A stretch of DNA of 64,000 nucleotides, from IMG/VR virus record IMGVR_UViG_3300026076_000001; one strand, given 5' to 3'. Both the position numbers and the translations under genes were made by a program. Shown in pieces: positions 20,601 to 30,816 of this stretch; within the stretch, counting starts at the first letter, position 1; each line of letters opens with the position of its first letter. A model generated the notes under the pieces. It had not been told where the DNA came from, made no database searches, and saw nothing but the letters and a program-made list of their open reading frames with translations. The DNA is from a virus.

Positions 20601-21018
20601 CACTCTGTACACTTCCAGTTACAAGTTGTACTCTTGTAGCTACGTCTCCTAAAGTTATATTATTCTTACCACCAAAAGATCCACAATTATTAACTGTACC
20701 AGCATCTAATCCTTCTAACTGAGGACTAGACCCGTCTGGTCTGAGTCTTCCCGTACCAACAACCCGTCTGTCTCTAAGATCTGGTACCTTAAAATCTCCA
20801 GAAATGTTAGGAAAATTACCACTAGCACTACCTCCGTATGTATTTTGAATAATTTGATACAAACCTAGGTATTCATTAGGATTAATAGATCTACCATTAC
20901 ACTCCATCCATCCATCAGGAGCATAATACGCACCAGTATCATCCTTAGGCATCATTGAGATGGTACCTACCTGTACGCCTGTCCAATCAGGTGCTGTCTG
21001 GGAATAATACTTTGCCAT
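17668..21018 (-). CDS. Tail-collar-domain fibre protein with Ig/PKD-like repeats
   Basis: VGTISMMP...PDGWMECNG......Y..LY.II..TYGG...FKVPDLRDR..VG tail-collar motif; HxH motifs; Thr-rich Ig-like repeats. Confidence 0.85.
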   Translation of the reverse strand: MAKYYSQTAPDWTGVQVGTISMMPKDDTGAYYAPDGWMECNGRSINPNEYLGLYQIIQNTYGGSASGNFPNISGDFKVPDLRDRRVVGTGRLRPDGSSPQLEGLDAGTVNNCGSFGGKNNITLGDVATRVQLVTGSVQSVFNTSRVQQSSTQFTDGHLAVNSGFLANHTMPHWPTHDHGNEFWQITPGGGLTADRTSPGSGDTQVQGGASSGPNSHDGSQCPAVGGSSLPHSHWIGWGGIGGSGGGSGLGDSTPADGDEANDGVYDSNGNCLIRPTAAMMQWNVQYSPVDATQITFGLDVDLGLDGTPDLQPEYQETAYMIFAGVSSSAYTAPPVPPAGDTVPDQVGPFDVGVTTASGDGVVSFQLTGVSSNYSFDVEVVKSGGQSVGATPINLSGTGGAVNTGYVNGDTVSMTLEAPSSGGTQANYEIRVKYNSVTQMTAVANITYEAAPTVDLSVLPTTVTSGSAINVTYDAPGATSVVASNFGATNPTGATITQNPTVTTTYTITLGNTWGNTTATAVCTIAAANAPQISMSVTPTSMNAGSTATVSYSCTNADTFISATSSPVDTVWDNAATSAGNIAYFSQAVSPSADTTYTVTLSNANGQASQSVSITVVPIPSPTVTLSTDVTVIEQGNYNPNDDTEAILTWSSSDADTITGSSTPAFAAWNPTTDSGTLPVGPQEDTTFTITATNASGSDSASVNIQVYFMPEITLTVTRAYTPSGGSASYSYVSGQSTAALPWLYFCCEEAVTIGWAITGSADTVTGGIYYGNYADDGTNPSGDGTNSSLVSVNGNATSGTWSSIKIAPTENGNAAGGSNAVSASKRQGMILLQASNSMGQSAASAIRFKILTFRVARYSDYQDIAYFNQSGSTSNVGMYFDGTGNLITTGSGSASVTFNFGWNDNPSDHGQALGNYSISALGISFDQGNTTTGSDTATVTVTGGTTYNAVVTGAPGVGGYHVENSSSGGVNQKFCVWDSDGTDCNAWVEVASITQQGATMQFGPISTNQSYVDTSPASIPAGSTWNCTSIICHIGNTTGELFGKVINGKFLVEDITGANSDNDYVDLTVHCNVADFTGASTNANTAATGNFAIALPAGAFATTDINTLWEPGDGAP

Positions 21019-21947
21019 TAATACTTAACGATGAATTCCATAATCATATATGGAGATGTAACGTGATTTAAGTGTTCTCTACTATCAGCAGTTAGACCAC
21101 AACTAGCAGTAGAACCTGAGAATGATATATCTATAGCTGGTTGAGTAAACTCAAACTGGTTAGAAGCAGCACTACCTCCACAGTTATGACTATGATTAAC
21201 ATCTGCACCAGTGTGGTTAATAGGGAAGTAACCAGGAAAGTTAACTCCACCTACACCAATAGATGGACCTTTCCAGAGGTTAACACCATACTTATCAAAC
21301 TCAGTTAAGTCTGTATCAAAACCAATCTGTTGTTGGTGTGTCATAGTAGGTGCACTACCACCTGTCATACCGTGATCGTGTGCATCTATCTCAGCAATGG
21401 ATATAGTAGCAGATGAATTACCAGCTTGATCCACTGTTAATATTGGTGATCCTGTTGCTGGGGCTTTATATTCTTCCACACGAACATATCCAGTATAAGA
21501 ACTGGCTGCTGCATTCTGTATTTGTGCTTTATATCCTATACCAGCACGTTCTATAACACCACCACCACTCATTGCAGCATCACCAACAAACTGAGTACCT
21601 GCTGTATTACTAGGTTGTAAATACTTTGCTCCTAAATTAGGAACACAAAATGTACCAGCAGTAAAGTTACCATCTGCATCTAATGTGGGATTTAATAATG
21701 AAGTACCAGAAACTCCAGCTGGATATCTACAAGCAGGTATTCCACTACCACCAGCAGCACCTACACCCAAAACTCTTGCAAGATCTGGATAATCTTGTGC
21801 TTGATATACACTTCCATCACATCTTAAGTACCCAGCTGGAACACGTTCCAATTGCTGACTACTATTTTGAACTTCTCTAGAGAAAGGTATAATAACCCCT
21901 GGTGCTACACCTTGTGCTCCTTTAATTGCTGAGTATACCTTTGCCAT
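21018..21947 (-). CDS. Tail-collar-domain protein
   Basis: PGVIIPF...PAGYLRCDGS.Y....YPDLARVLG...FCVPNL; HDH and HSH motifs. Confidence 0.85.
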   Translation of the reverse strand: MAKVYSAIKGAQGVAPGVIIPFSREVQNSSQQLERVPAGYLRCDGSVYQAQDYPDLARVLGVGAAGGSGIPACRYPAGVSGTSLLNPTLDADGNFTAGTFCVPNLGAKYLQPSNTAGTQFVGDAAMSGGGVIERAGIGYKAQIQNAAASSYTGYVRVEEYKAPATGSPILTVDQAGNSSATISIAEIDAHDHGMTGGSAPTMTHQQQIGFDTDLTEFDKYGVNLWKGPSIGVGGVNFPGYFPINHTGADVNHSHNCGGSAASNQFEFTQPAIDISFSGSTASCGLTADSREHLNHVTSPYMIMEFIVKY

Positions 21948-22714
21948 CAGAATGCCTTGATGATGTATATTGCTGTTTGATATGGAGGAGTCATTGCCAG
22001 TTGAGAATTACCTACACCTGGATTATTATTTAGAGCCACAGTACTATTACCAGCATCGTAATCCCTTGTATACGGTGCGATTTGAATACTTCCTCTCTCT
22101 ACTGTATATTTAACACTTCCGTGACCGTGAGGTGCTCCACTACCTGCTGACGCAAAATCTTTTGGATAGTTACCAGCAGCAATATGACCACTCCAGTCAC
22201 CACCAGATTCAGCACTAGGATTACCAGTTCTCTGATCATTACAGTTTTGAATACTGTAAGTATGATTGTGTGCGGGTAAACAATCGTGTGATAGTACTCT
22301 TGCTTGAATACTAGCAGTTTGCTCCCATATACATCCTCCAGGACCAGTTGATTGTATAGCTTGAGGTGCAGAGAATGATACTACTTTATTTGGTCTAGTA
22401 TCAATAAGCCATTCGGCATTCAATGTAATATTTGTTGTTGTAGATCCACCTGTTGCGGATGCGTATGCAGATCCTTTATGGACTGGTACTCTATTCTGTC
22501 CATTTAAGTTTGGTAAAACAAAAGTAGATGACCCTGAACTACCACCGTAGGTATATCCAATAATGGCTACTAGTGCAGGATAATCAGCATCATTAAGTGT
22601 AGTACCATCACAAGCTAACCAACCCTGTGGTAAGTCGCTTCCTGTACCAGTCCACGACATAATTGTACCTATAGAGGCATTCTTGAATCCTCTTATTGAC
22701 GCTAAATTCTTCAT
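21947..22714 (-). CDS. Tail-collar-domain protein
   Basis: IGTIMSW...LPQGWLACDG......YPALVAIIGYTYGG...FVLPNL; HNH and HGH motifs; PPYQTAIYIIK C-terminus. Confidence 0.9.
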   Translation of the reverse strand: MKNLASIRGFKNASIGTIMSWTGTGSDLPQGWLACDGTTLNDADYPALVAIIGYTYGGSSGSSTFVLPNLNGQNRVPVHKGSAYASATGGSTTTNITLNAEWLIDTRPNKVVSFSAPQAIQSTGPGGCIWEQTASIQARVLSHDCLPAHNHTYSIQNCNDQRTGNPSAESGGDWSGHIAAGNYPKDFASAGSGAPHGHGSVKYTVERGSIQIAPYTRDYDAGNSTVALNNNPGVGNSQLAMTPPYQTAIYIIKAF

Positions 22715-25700
22715 TATAGTTCAATTAGTCTCCAACCAATTCCAGCTGTAAGATATACGAGACCTAAACCAGCACCTGGTGTTTGGATAACAAGTTGACC
22801 TTGTGTATCTCCTTGAACAGGTATAATACTACCACCACCTTGAGGTGTCTGTATTACAATTGCCTTGTTATAAGTCAAAGCATCAGTAGTATCTAGGATG
22901 CGAATCTCATCACCCTTCTGAGGAGCAGAAGGTAGTGTCAAAGTTAATGTAGCAGCACCGAATGTAGTAACGTAGTAATTAGTATTAGCTTCTAGATCTC
23001 CATCCACACTAACACCAACCCACTTACGTCCACCTGTAGGAGTAAAGTATCCAGTAACCTGATTAATATCAATACTACCATCAGTATTGACCTTAAAGTT
23101 ATTAGATCCACCATTGTTGATGTCAATTCCACCAGAAGCAGAAGATATATTTCCACCAGCGTTGATATCTCCACCAGCGTTGATGTTACCTTCAACTCCA
23201 AGACCACCGTCAGAAATTATAACTGCACCAGTGTCCTTATCAGAGGAGTTAGTGTTACTATGAACGATTAATGTACCAGAGTTATCAGTATCATTACCAA
23301 TAACTGTGTTACCAGTTTGTGAGTCAATGGTATAGGTTACATCATCATTAATATGTGTCTTAGCAATTAGGAAATCTTGTCCTATGGATAGTGCACCATT
23401 AGCATCCCAACGTCCAGTAGGATCAGTAAGGCTACCAGAACCAACTAGATCAATACGCCCATCCTTATTCATTGTAAGTCTAGGAGTAGTCTGGTTGTAA
23501 ACTGTTAATAGTTCAGCACCATCAAGTTCAATCTTAGTAGAACCTTTAACCCATAGTCTCTGTGCAATGTCAGGTGAAGCAGCACCAATAGAAACCATAC
23601 TGGTATCAGTCATCTGGATACCACCATCGGAATCACCGATACGTGCGGATCCATCTGCGAGAGCAACTAACTTAGCAGTTGATGCATCATCAAAGTGATC
23701 GTTAGACCAAATAGCATCACCAATTACAATGTTCTGACCGTGTGCAGTAATATAATTGTTGTCAGCAGCAGTATTTGCTTGTTGAACATCAATACGCAGA
23801 TCAGTACCACTATCTAACTGATACATCTGCATATTACCACCACGGACATACAAGTCCTTAGTGACTGTTAGGTCACCAACCATCTCGTGAGAACCATTAC
23901 TTAAAGCAGTAAAGGTACCATCAATAGTTAAGTTACCTCCAGAATGACCACCACCAACAGATTCTACAGGAGCTGTACCAGCACCTGATCCACGGATGAT
24001 TGCGTCACCACCGACCCATAATCCAGTTATAGTCTGTCTCTCTCCATCATCACCACCATTAACGTGTACACGTCCTACACCATTACCATCATCATCAAAT
24101 ACACGTAATGTATGAGCACCAGTTGGGTTAAGGTTATCACCACCAACCCATAGAGAGTTGCGGAAGATACCTGAACCTTCTACATCTAATGTCTGTGTTG
24201 GTATAACACTAGAATTAGTAGTACGTACGTTTCTGAGGTTAACACCCAACCTCATATCATCGCCAGGATCATTAGCAGTAGAACCAGAACCTGTAGTATA
24301 TGTGGTTAAAGCATCAGTACCAATTAGACCCCACTCTCTCCATCCATAGTTAATAGCACCGCCATCCCATCCACTAAGTTGAGTGTATATCCAACCTAAG
24401 GAAGTGTTGTAGTTGACGTTAGCAATTCTATGTGCTTCACCAACTGTCTGGGTACCACGAAGTTCAATTGTTCCTTCTTCTTTAAAGCTTTCAGAAGCAG
24501 GGACTGTCTTATCTGTAGAAGTTTTGATTACGTATTTAACACCACTAGTTTCATTACGTGGGTTAATTATCCACTGTGCAAATGCAATACTATTAGGTTT
24601 AAAGACTGGGTTAACACCTAGATCAGTTGTAGTAAGTGTTGGGTCAACATTTGGATTACCAATATTACCAACACTCTTAACAAGGAGTGCAGGTTTATCA
24701 TCACTACTGTTAGCAAATGGATCCTCTGCTAGTTCTATCTCAACAGGTGATGTAAACTTAGTACCACCTAAAGCAGCAACTTCAAAGTCAGCAGATAAAG
24801 CAAACTTAACTTTCTTATTAACAGTTAAGGTGTCAACTGTTAGATCATTAGTATTCTCTTCCTCATCAACGTTCTCACCAGCTACCCTTAGAATAGAGTC
24901 ATCAATCTTAGTCTCTTCACCAGAAATAGCATTAATTCTTTGGTTACCAACGAATAGATCACCGTTAGCGTTTAGACCAGAGTAGAATACAACACCACCG
25001 TCTTGACGTTTTGCCTGAGAGAAGAGGACTTCATCGTCAGATAGAACGTATTCCTGTCTAGATGGGAATGCAGTTGAGTAGTTACCTGGACCAAATCCAG
25101 TGTATTCAAACGTGTGGTTACCAGATCTTGCCTGTGAAGGTCGTCTAAGTTCAACATAGAACCTACGGTCAGCAACATCGTTACTATCTCCTTCAATACC
25201 AATAACTCTGTCTTCACGAGAAGCAACTGCCTTACCATCCATAGCAGCAAGACCTACAGTAATAGGATCACTACCACCAAATCTACCAATATTAGTTAAA
25301 AGATTCTCTGTAGCTTCTCTAGTAATACTGTTCTTGTTATCATCAGCAACAACGAGACCGTGTACATAGTTGTCAGCAACAGATATAGTTGCTGGAGCAT
25401 CCTTAACAGTCTGTCCATCACCATTAGGGTCGAACCATAGTGGATCATCAGCAAATAGTTCAGGATATAGTCTCTCTGTTGGATGACCAAACTTGAATGA
25501 GTTAAACTCACTTACAGATGGTGCAAAGTCACCACGTAGAGCAGTTAGATAGTAAATACCATCTTGCTGGTTATAAATTCTCTTACGAAGAGTCTTAACA
25601 CGATAGATGTAATAGGTGTTATCAATCTCATCAACATCACCAACAGAAACAATCTTATAATCTTTCTGATTACCATCAGTTTCGTCTCTAACAAAATCAC

Positions 25701-28700
25701 CAGGTGTTAGTGTGTATACTGGTGCATTCTGGATAACATACTGTCTACCAAGATCATCATCATAGGTCTTAAAGTCATCTCTACCACCATTTGGCTTCTC
25801 TGCCAAAATACCAGTACCTGTTCCACTAGCAAGTATTGTGCTAGTATTAGCATCATAACTGATATATGGAAGTAGTGAGAAGTCACTTGCTACAACAACA
25901 TATGTGTTTCCACCTTCAGTATACTGCTTATGAACAGTAGGAAGTGTACCACTTATCTCAGTACTACTAGAGAACCCAGACCAAGCAACTGAGTTACCAG
26001 TTATAAATCCACCACCAGCAACACTGGTTAGTTTAAATTCTGTGAGGATAGTACCAGATGCTAGTGCAGTACCAGCAGCTATGTTAGTATTAATAGTATG
26101 ATCTACAACTGTTAATTCAATTCTATTGACGGAACTAACCATCTTCTGCCTTACAGATTCAATAGTGAATTTAACACCAGAATCAGTTACAAGAGACTTA
26201 CTATTACCAGTTAGATAAGGATCATAATTATAGTCGCTATGTATTGGTAAGTTATTACCATTACCATCTACAGTAGGATCTCCACCGTAGAATGTTGGCA
26301 TATCTGTAGTACCATCCAGTGCCTCTAGAATAACCTTCTGAGGTCTTAATCTTCTATTCTCGTCAGTCCTGATCTTAAGGACATAACCGAGCAATGGTTC
26401 ACGTACGTTGTCAACTTCCTTGGGTACGACGTAACGGAGACGGTAGATGCGGTCATCTTCCCTGCGTCTATCGTTGATACGTTTGATGTACGTATTTGAG
26501 GTTGTAAGGATTTCTTCATTGACATACTCGTCTAAGGTTGAAATACGTTGGAATATCTGGTTAGGTTGTGTACCAGTATTTAAAACATTTAGATACCAGT
26601 GACCATCTCTTAGTGGAGATGCAGTCATTTCTGGGTCATATCTCAGTGGATGACGGGTGTTGCAAGAGAATACGTATATTTCATCTTGACCAGACTGTCC
26701 AACTGTACCACTTGATGTAATACTATACGGGACACCACCACCTTGAATTGCAAGAGCAGCAGTTTCTGCAATCTTAAACTTATTGGTATTCTCACCAGTA
26801 TTATCATATATGACATAATACATCTTGTTCTTATCCAGTCCCGTAGGAAGCTGGGAACCAGGCTTAGCACGGAAGAATACAGGTGTTGCTGCTTTAGTTG
26901 CAAAACCCTTATCAAAAACGTGTGCAGATTCTAATGTAAACTCGTTAGTAGCAGGATCTGCATTAGTAAGTTTATACTTGTAAGGTGTTGGAATAACATC
27001 AAAGATGTACTGGAACATAGTTACCTGTACACCAGAGTTTAGACCTTCTGGTACGTAAATAGCGTTACCAGCAGCAGCGTCATCTTCAGATGCTGCTAAT
27101 AGGAATGTGTTTAGATCTTCTGTTGGGAATGTTTGATCTGGAGGAACAGGTGATGTATGACGACCTGGAGAAATAACATAATATATGGTATTTGGATCTA
27201 ATCCTTTAGGGAGACGAACTAATTCATCAGCAATAGTAGGACTAGTTCTATTAGGTACTAAACGAACAGGGCTACCTGTGTATAAACCGTGTGCCTCAGG
27301 ACAAGTAAAGATTGTCGTACGATATGTGATTGTTTCTCCCTGTGCATTCTGTACTGACTGTGAAGCAGTAGAAAGAGTAGAAACTGTATATGTATCGAAA
27401 CCAGCAGGAGATAGTTCAGCAGATTTCTCTTGTGGACCTGCTTCACCACCTGAAATGTCTGGTTCTAACTTGGAGAATATTCTATCATCACGTTTAGAAC
27501 CGACCTTATAATCCTGTAGGATATATGATGGTGTCTTATCTGGATCAGCTATATCTTCTGGTTCACCAGACAAGTATATACGTGTCGAACCTTGTGGTTC
27601 CTTAGAAGCAAGGATGTCTATACCGTAATATGGAGGTTGTGTAGTATCATCAGTATCGACTGTTTGAGGTGGAACAATATCTGTAATATAACCGTGCTTA
27701 TCTTGGAAGAAGGAATATCCCTTATATCCAATAGCATCTAGAGCAGTATTACCAAAGTTACTGTTACTGTTAGTAATTGAAATGTCAGCACCAGACTCAA
27801 TTAGGAAGTGATCTGCGAAACCAACAGCGAAGATCGAAACTGCCTGAATGAAAGCATCATTAGACAAACGAACGTGAGCATTACGCCACTCATTCTTAAA
27901 GTATGCTCTACCATCAGTATGATATGGTGTAGTAGCAAATGAACCAGTAGCTAGTTCTTCTGGATCTGTTTCAGCTACGCCATCCCACGCTGATTCAAAC
28001 TGTGCAGTATCATCGTTAAACTTAACAAATGCTCTATCATCTTTTTGTAGTGATACACCAGTATACTGTGCACAAACCATAGATTTGAATCCAGTAACCT
28101 TAGATCCATCAGCCCAAAGACCACAAAGACCCCATACAGAACGTATGGAAAGGTTGAACATATATGGTGACGCTGAGTCAACAGTGTCAATCTCTGCCTG
28201 TACAATAGCGTTCTCATTCAACCTATTAGGAGGTAGAGACGCAGTAGTATAGGTAGTACCTGAAATTAGAGAGGTTATATTCGTGTTTACACGATAATAG
28301 AATAATGTATTATCAGCAGGGTCTAAACGTGTAATCAGGAATGAACCGTGAAGGTCATTAGTTAGACCAGTGTCATCAACAGTAATAAACTGTCCTACAA
28401 AGTAACCGTGAGGTGCTTTTGTCTTAATTTTAATTTCTGTAGCGTTACCACCAAGTGTCTGAGGGGTAACAGATTCTATAATCTTCTTATCTGATAGAGG
28501 ACCAACAATTCTATTTTCTAGGTCAGTCTCTTCAATAGCTCCATCAACGTTGATGTCAGTGACCATATTAAGGTATGCATCACCGATCTTATCGTAGTAA
28601 AGATCAAGGTCTTCTGCATCAGCAAAAGTGAAGTTAGTGATCTTATGATGTGAGAAGGTAGGATTAGCCTTATTACCTGTAGTGTCGAAATATACCTTTG

Positions 28701-29223
28701 CTTTACCATCAAAAATAGAGAATTGCCAGAAATAGCATCCACCAGTTACATTGAATATGGATGAATCTGGTATAGTATTGTCAGTAGGGTTAGGCACATA
28801 TAAAGGACGAACCTTCGTCTTTCTCAAGTCCATACCAACTAGAGAAGTACCACGAGGTACAATACATCCACCTGTAGTTGAGTTAAACTTGTATAAGTCG
28901 TTCTGAGAGTTACCTAAGTCAAAGTTAACATTGGTACTAAAATCAGGTATAAGACTGGCACTAGCTACACCTGGTCTGTTATCAATATAATGATCTCCTG
29001 GAGACAATACGACTGTGAACTCGTCAAACCTGTCGTTATCTGGTCCTGATTTGTATGAAAAGCGTGCAACCTCAAGGAAAGCACGCTGAATACTCTTAAA
29101 TGGTCGGGTGGGAGAATTACCCCTATTGTTTACGTCGTCAGATGCGTTAAAGTCATCAGGAGAAACGTAGACGAAACGTCCAGTTTTACTGGATATAAGA
29201 TTCTCTAATCTGGTAAGTGCCAT
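22714..29223 (-). CDS. Large cyanomyophage tail fibre/virion structural protein (2169 aa)
   Basis: Conserved cyanophage N-terminus MALTRLENL...YVSPDD..A.D...NRGNS..RPFKSIQRA.LE.ARFSY; C-terminal TLTLPSAPQKGD.I.I.D...LVY...GW domain. Confidence 0.8.
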   Translation of the reverse strand: MALTRLENLISSKTGRFVYVSPDDFNASDDVNNRGNSPTRPFKSIQRAFLEVARFSYKSGPDNDRFDEFTVVLSPGDHYIDNRPGVASASLIPDFSTNVNFDLGNSQNDLYKFNSTTGGCIVPRGTSLVGMDLRKTKVRPLYVPNPTDNTIPDSSIFNVTGGCYFWQFSIFDGKAKVYFDTTGNKANPTFSHHKITNFTFADAEDLDLYYDKIGDAYLNMVTDINVDGAIEETDLENRIVGPLSDKKIIESVTPQTLGGNATEIKIKTKAPHGYFVGQFITVDDTGLTNDLHGSFLITRLDPADNTLFYYRVNTNITSLISGTTYTTASLPPNRLNENAIVQAEIDTVDSASPYMFNLSIRSVWGLCGLWADGSKVTGFKSMVCAQYTGVSLQKDDRAFVKFNDDTAQFESAWDGVAETDPEELATGSFATTPYHTDGRAYFKNEWRNAHVRLSNDAFIQAVSIFAVGFADHFLIESGADISITNSNSNFGNTALDAIGYKGYSFFQDKHGYITDIVPPQTVDTDDTTQPPYYGIDILASKEPQGSTRIYLSGEPEDIADPDKTPSYILQDYKVGSKRDDRIFSKLEPDISGGEAGPQEKSAELSPAGFDTYTVSTLSTASQSVQNAQGETITYRTTIFTCPEAHGLYTGSPVRLVPNRTSPTIADELVRLPKGLDPNTIYYVISPGRHTSPVPPDQTFPTEDLNTFLLAASEDDAAAGNAIYVPEGLNSGVQVTMFQYIFDVIPTPYKYKLTNADPATNEFTLESAHVFDKGFATKAATPVFFRAKPGSQLPTGLDKNKMYYVIYDNTGENTNKFKIAETAALAIQGGGVPYSITSSGTVGQSGQDEIYVFSCNTRHPLRYDPEMTASPLRDGHWYLNVLNTGTQPNQIFQRISTLDEYVNEEILTTSNTYIKRINDRRREDDRIYRLRYVVPKEVDNVREPLLGYVLKIRTDENRRLRPQKVILEALDGTTDMPTFYGGDPTVDGNGNNLPIHSDYNYDPYLTGNSKSLVTDSGVKFTIESVRQKMVSSVNRIELTVVDHTINTNIAAGTALASGTILTEFKLTSVAGGGFITGNSVAWSGFSSSTEISGTLPTVHKQYTEGGNTYVVVASDFSLLPYISYDANTSTILASGTGTGILAEKPNGGRDDFKTYDDDLGRQYVIQNAPVYTLTPGDFVRDETDGNQKDYKIVSVGDVDEIDNTYYIYRVKTLRKRIYNQQDGIYYLTALRGDFAPSVSEFNSFKFGHPTERLYPELFADDPLWFDPNGDGQTVKDAPATISVADNYVHGLVVADDNKNSITREATENLLTNIGRFGGSDPITVGLAAMDGKAVASREDRVIGIEGDSNDVADRRFYVELRRPSQARSGNHTFEYTGFGPGNYSTAFPSRQEYVLSDDEVLFSQAKRQDGGVVFYSGLNANGDLFVGNQRINAISGEETKIDDSILRVAGENVDEEENTNDLTVDTLTVNKKVKFALSADFEVAALGGTKFTSPVEIELAEDPFANSSDDKPALLVKSVGNIGNPNVDPTLTTTDLGVNPVFKPNSIAFAQWIINPRNETSGVKYVIKTSTDKTVPASESFKEEGTIELRGTQTVGEAHRIANVNYNTSLGWIYTQLSGWDGGAINYGWREWGLIGTDALTTYTTGSGSTANDPGDDMRLGVNLRNVRTTNSSVIPTQTLDVEGSGIFRNSLWVGGDNLNPTGAHTLRVFDDDGNGVGRVHVNGGDDGERQTITGLWVGGDAIIRGSGAGTAPVESVGGGHSGGNLTIDGTFTALSNGSHEMVGDLTVTKDLYVRGGNMQMYQLDSGTDLRIDVQQANTAADNNYITAHGQNIVIGDAIWSNDHFDDASTAKLVALADGSARIGDSDGGIQMTDTSMVSIGAASPDIAQRLWVKGSTKIELDGAELLTVYNQTTPRLTMNKDGRIDLVGSGSLTDPTGRWDANGALSIGQDFLIAKTHINDDVTYTIDSQTGNTVIGNDTDNSGTLIVHSNTNSSDKDTGAVIISDGGLGVEGNINAGGDINAGGNISSASGGIDINNGGSNNFKVNTDGSIDINQVTGYFTPTGGRKWVGVSVDGDLEANTNYYVTTFGAATLTLTLPSAPQKGDEIRILDTTDALTYNKAIVIQTPQGGGSIIPVQGDTQGQLVIQTPGAGLGLVYLTAGIGWRLIEL

Positions 29224-29256
29224 TACCTAAAATACTGTATGTGGATATCCTTTGGG

Positions 29257-29264
29257 TATTTATA
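29257..29264 (-). promoter_or_regulatory. T4-type late promoter TATAAATA
   Basis: Exact TATAAATA on the minus strand, 33 nt upstream of the 29223 ATG. Confidence 0.75.
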
Positions 29265-29603
29265 TTATCTACCAGGTATGTATTGGAGACCTCGCTTCAA
29301 AGTAGGTTCAACTAATGGCAAAATATCATTTTCAACCTTTTCTATAACATCATCTATAACATTAACGTCCAAATTCATAAATGGAGGTATAATCCCTAAA
29401 ATTCTTAATAATCCGTCTACAAACAGGGCTAGACAGGTAAAACCGAGTATCATAGAGATAATTGTAGCGTCTCGGTTGTGTTTACGCATCGATGCTTCAT
29501 CGATTGCCCTTGCTTCATCCACAGCAGCCTTGATCAGGTCATCTACTTCTGATTTAGTGTAGAAAGCACCTATTCCAGGTATGTCGTGAATATTCGGTGT
29601 CAT
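29265..29603 (-). CDS. Conserved cyanophage membrane hypothetical protein
   Basis: MRKHNRDATIISMILGFTCLALFVDGLLRILG hydrophobic segment. Confidence 0.75.
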   Translation of the reverse strand: MTPNIHDIPGIGAFYTKSEVDDLIKAAVDEARAIDEASMRKHNRDATIISMILGFTCLALFVDGLLRILGIIPPFMNLDVNVIDDVIEKVENDILPLVEPTLKRGLQYIPGR

Positions 29604-29764
29604 TGATAGTACTCATCTAATACGTCAAGGGTTCTGTTTAGGTACTCATTTGCACCTTTACATTCCCACTCTCCTTTTTCTCCAATTTCACATTTGTAGT
29701 GTAGTTCCCTTTTAAGTTGCATAAGTTTGGAGGTCATTGCAACTTTGTCTAATCTGCCGTTCAT
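29600..29764 (-). CDS. Small conserved cyanophage hypothetical protein (54 aa)
   Basis: Read by hand: MNGRLDKVAMTSKLMQLKRELHYKCEIGEKGEWECKGANEYLNRTLDVLDEYYQ; ATGA overlap with the next gene. Confidence 0.75.
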   Translation of the reverse strand: MNGRLDKVAMTSKLMQLKRELHYKCEIGEKGEWECKGANEYLNRTLDVLDEYYQ

Positions 29765-29798
29765 TGGTAATTACGATTAGTTATACTTACTAATTATC

Positions 29799-29827
29799 AA
29801 ACAAGGGAGATTTTTACGTCCCCCTGT
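29799..29827 (-). terminator. Probable intrinsic terminator
   Basis: CAGGGGGA-loop-UCUCCCUUG stem (with G-U pairs) followed by UUU, just after the 29837 stop. Confidence 0.5.
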
Positions 29828-29836
29828 GTGTTGAAA

Positions 29837-30703
29837 CTAGAACCAGTCAGAAGACCATTCTCCAGCATTACCATCTGGTGACTCAGGAGGAGTACCAGGA
29901 TTTGGACCTTCTACACCGCCACCAGCACCTGTTGGGATATTTTCTGTAGGTGTATTATCTGTACCCAATTGATCTCCAAGTCTCTGTCCAGCTTCTTGCT
30001 CTGAAACAAGTTCTACATTAAAAGAGAATGAGCAATATAACTCACCGTTAGGATTCTTGGTAATACCAGGTTGCCTTTGAACCATATGTTCTAACTGTGA
30101 AGGGAATATGACAATATCACCCTCTTCAATGTTTAGAGACATTTCCTCTTTATAACAACCATAACCACATAGGTCAGGATCGTAATAATGCTTATTAAAG
30201 CGTGGTCCCTCAAAGAACATCTTATTGGGATTCATAAATGTTGTTGAATTATGCTTCTCTGGATCATATTGAACATAATAGACACCAGACAAATGTGAAG
30301 GAACGTGATTATGTGCTTCCTGATTCTGTCCTGGACCATATGCATTAAACCACTGTTGAGCGACCAAGAAGGCGTGAGGGTAAAATTCTGCCATTTTGAT
30401 AGCTTCTTGGATATTCTGCGAAATGTCTTGAAGCAATTCTCCTACAGGGATCTCAGTTTCCTTAGTATGGTCAACCATACTCTCATCAAAGAATGATGTG
30501 TAGCAATCACAATTCCAAGATGCTGTACCACCTGTATCTCTTGTATAACTATTTGATCCGTTCTGTTCTTCGTATCTACGCTTTATAATTGGAAAAATCT
30601 GGTCTTTCCACTTTGCGTGAGTTTGCAACTTTCCACGATATAGGAACATCGGGAATAGTGAAAACAAACCATATTGATCTGCTTTATTGGTCTGTTGTGC
30701 CAT
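29837..30703 (-). CDS. 2OG-Fe(II) oxygenase superfamily protein (HxH type)
   Basis: QQWFNAYGPGQNQEAHNHVPSHLSGVYYV...EGDIVIFPSQLEHMV...SFSFNV; acidic Pro/Gly tail. Confidence 0.85.
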   Translation of the reverse strand: MAQQTNKADQYGLFSLFPMFLYRGKLQTHAKWKDQIFPIIKRRYEEQNGSNSYTRDTGGTASWNCDCYTSFFDESMVDHTKETEIPVGELLQDISQNIQEAIKMAEFYPHAFLVAQQWFNAYGPGQNQEAHNHVPSHLSGVYYVQYDPEKHNSTTFMNPNKMFFEGPRFNKHYYDPDLCGYGCYKEEMSLNIEEGDIVIFPSQLEHMVQRQPGITKNPNGELYCSFSFNVELVSEQEAGQRLGDQLGTDNTPTENIPTGAGGGVEGPNPGTPPESPDGNAGEWSSDWF

Positions 30704-30745
30704 AACGACGAAATCTGGTAATGTATCTAGTATATCATAAAAAAA

Positions 30746-30803
30746 CTAAAGGGGGTAAAAACCGCCTGAGTTTTTTTCCCGACTTTAGGGGAATCTAAAG
30801 TCG
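30746..30803. repeat. A/T-tract intergenic repeat, divergent copy, with hairpin
   Basis: ctaaagggggtaaaaaccgcctgagtttttttccc followed by the cgactttag-gggaat-ctaaagtcg inverted repeat. Confidence 0.6.
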
Positions 30804-30816
30804 AATTTCCCTCAGA

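Noticed and set aside
1-29223. Diversity-generating retroelement or invertible cassette for fibre tips
   Set aside because: No reverse transcriptase, recombinase or near-identical template/variable repeat pair was seen; the paralogues are diverged at the DNA level.
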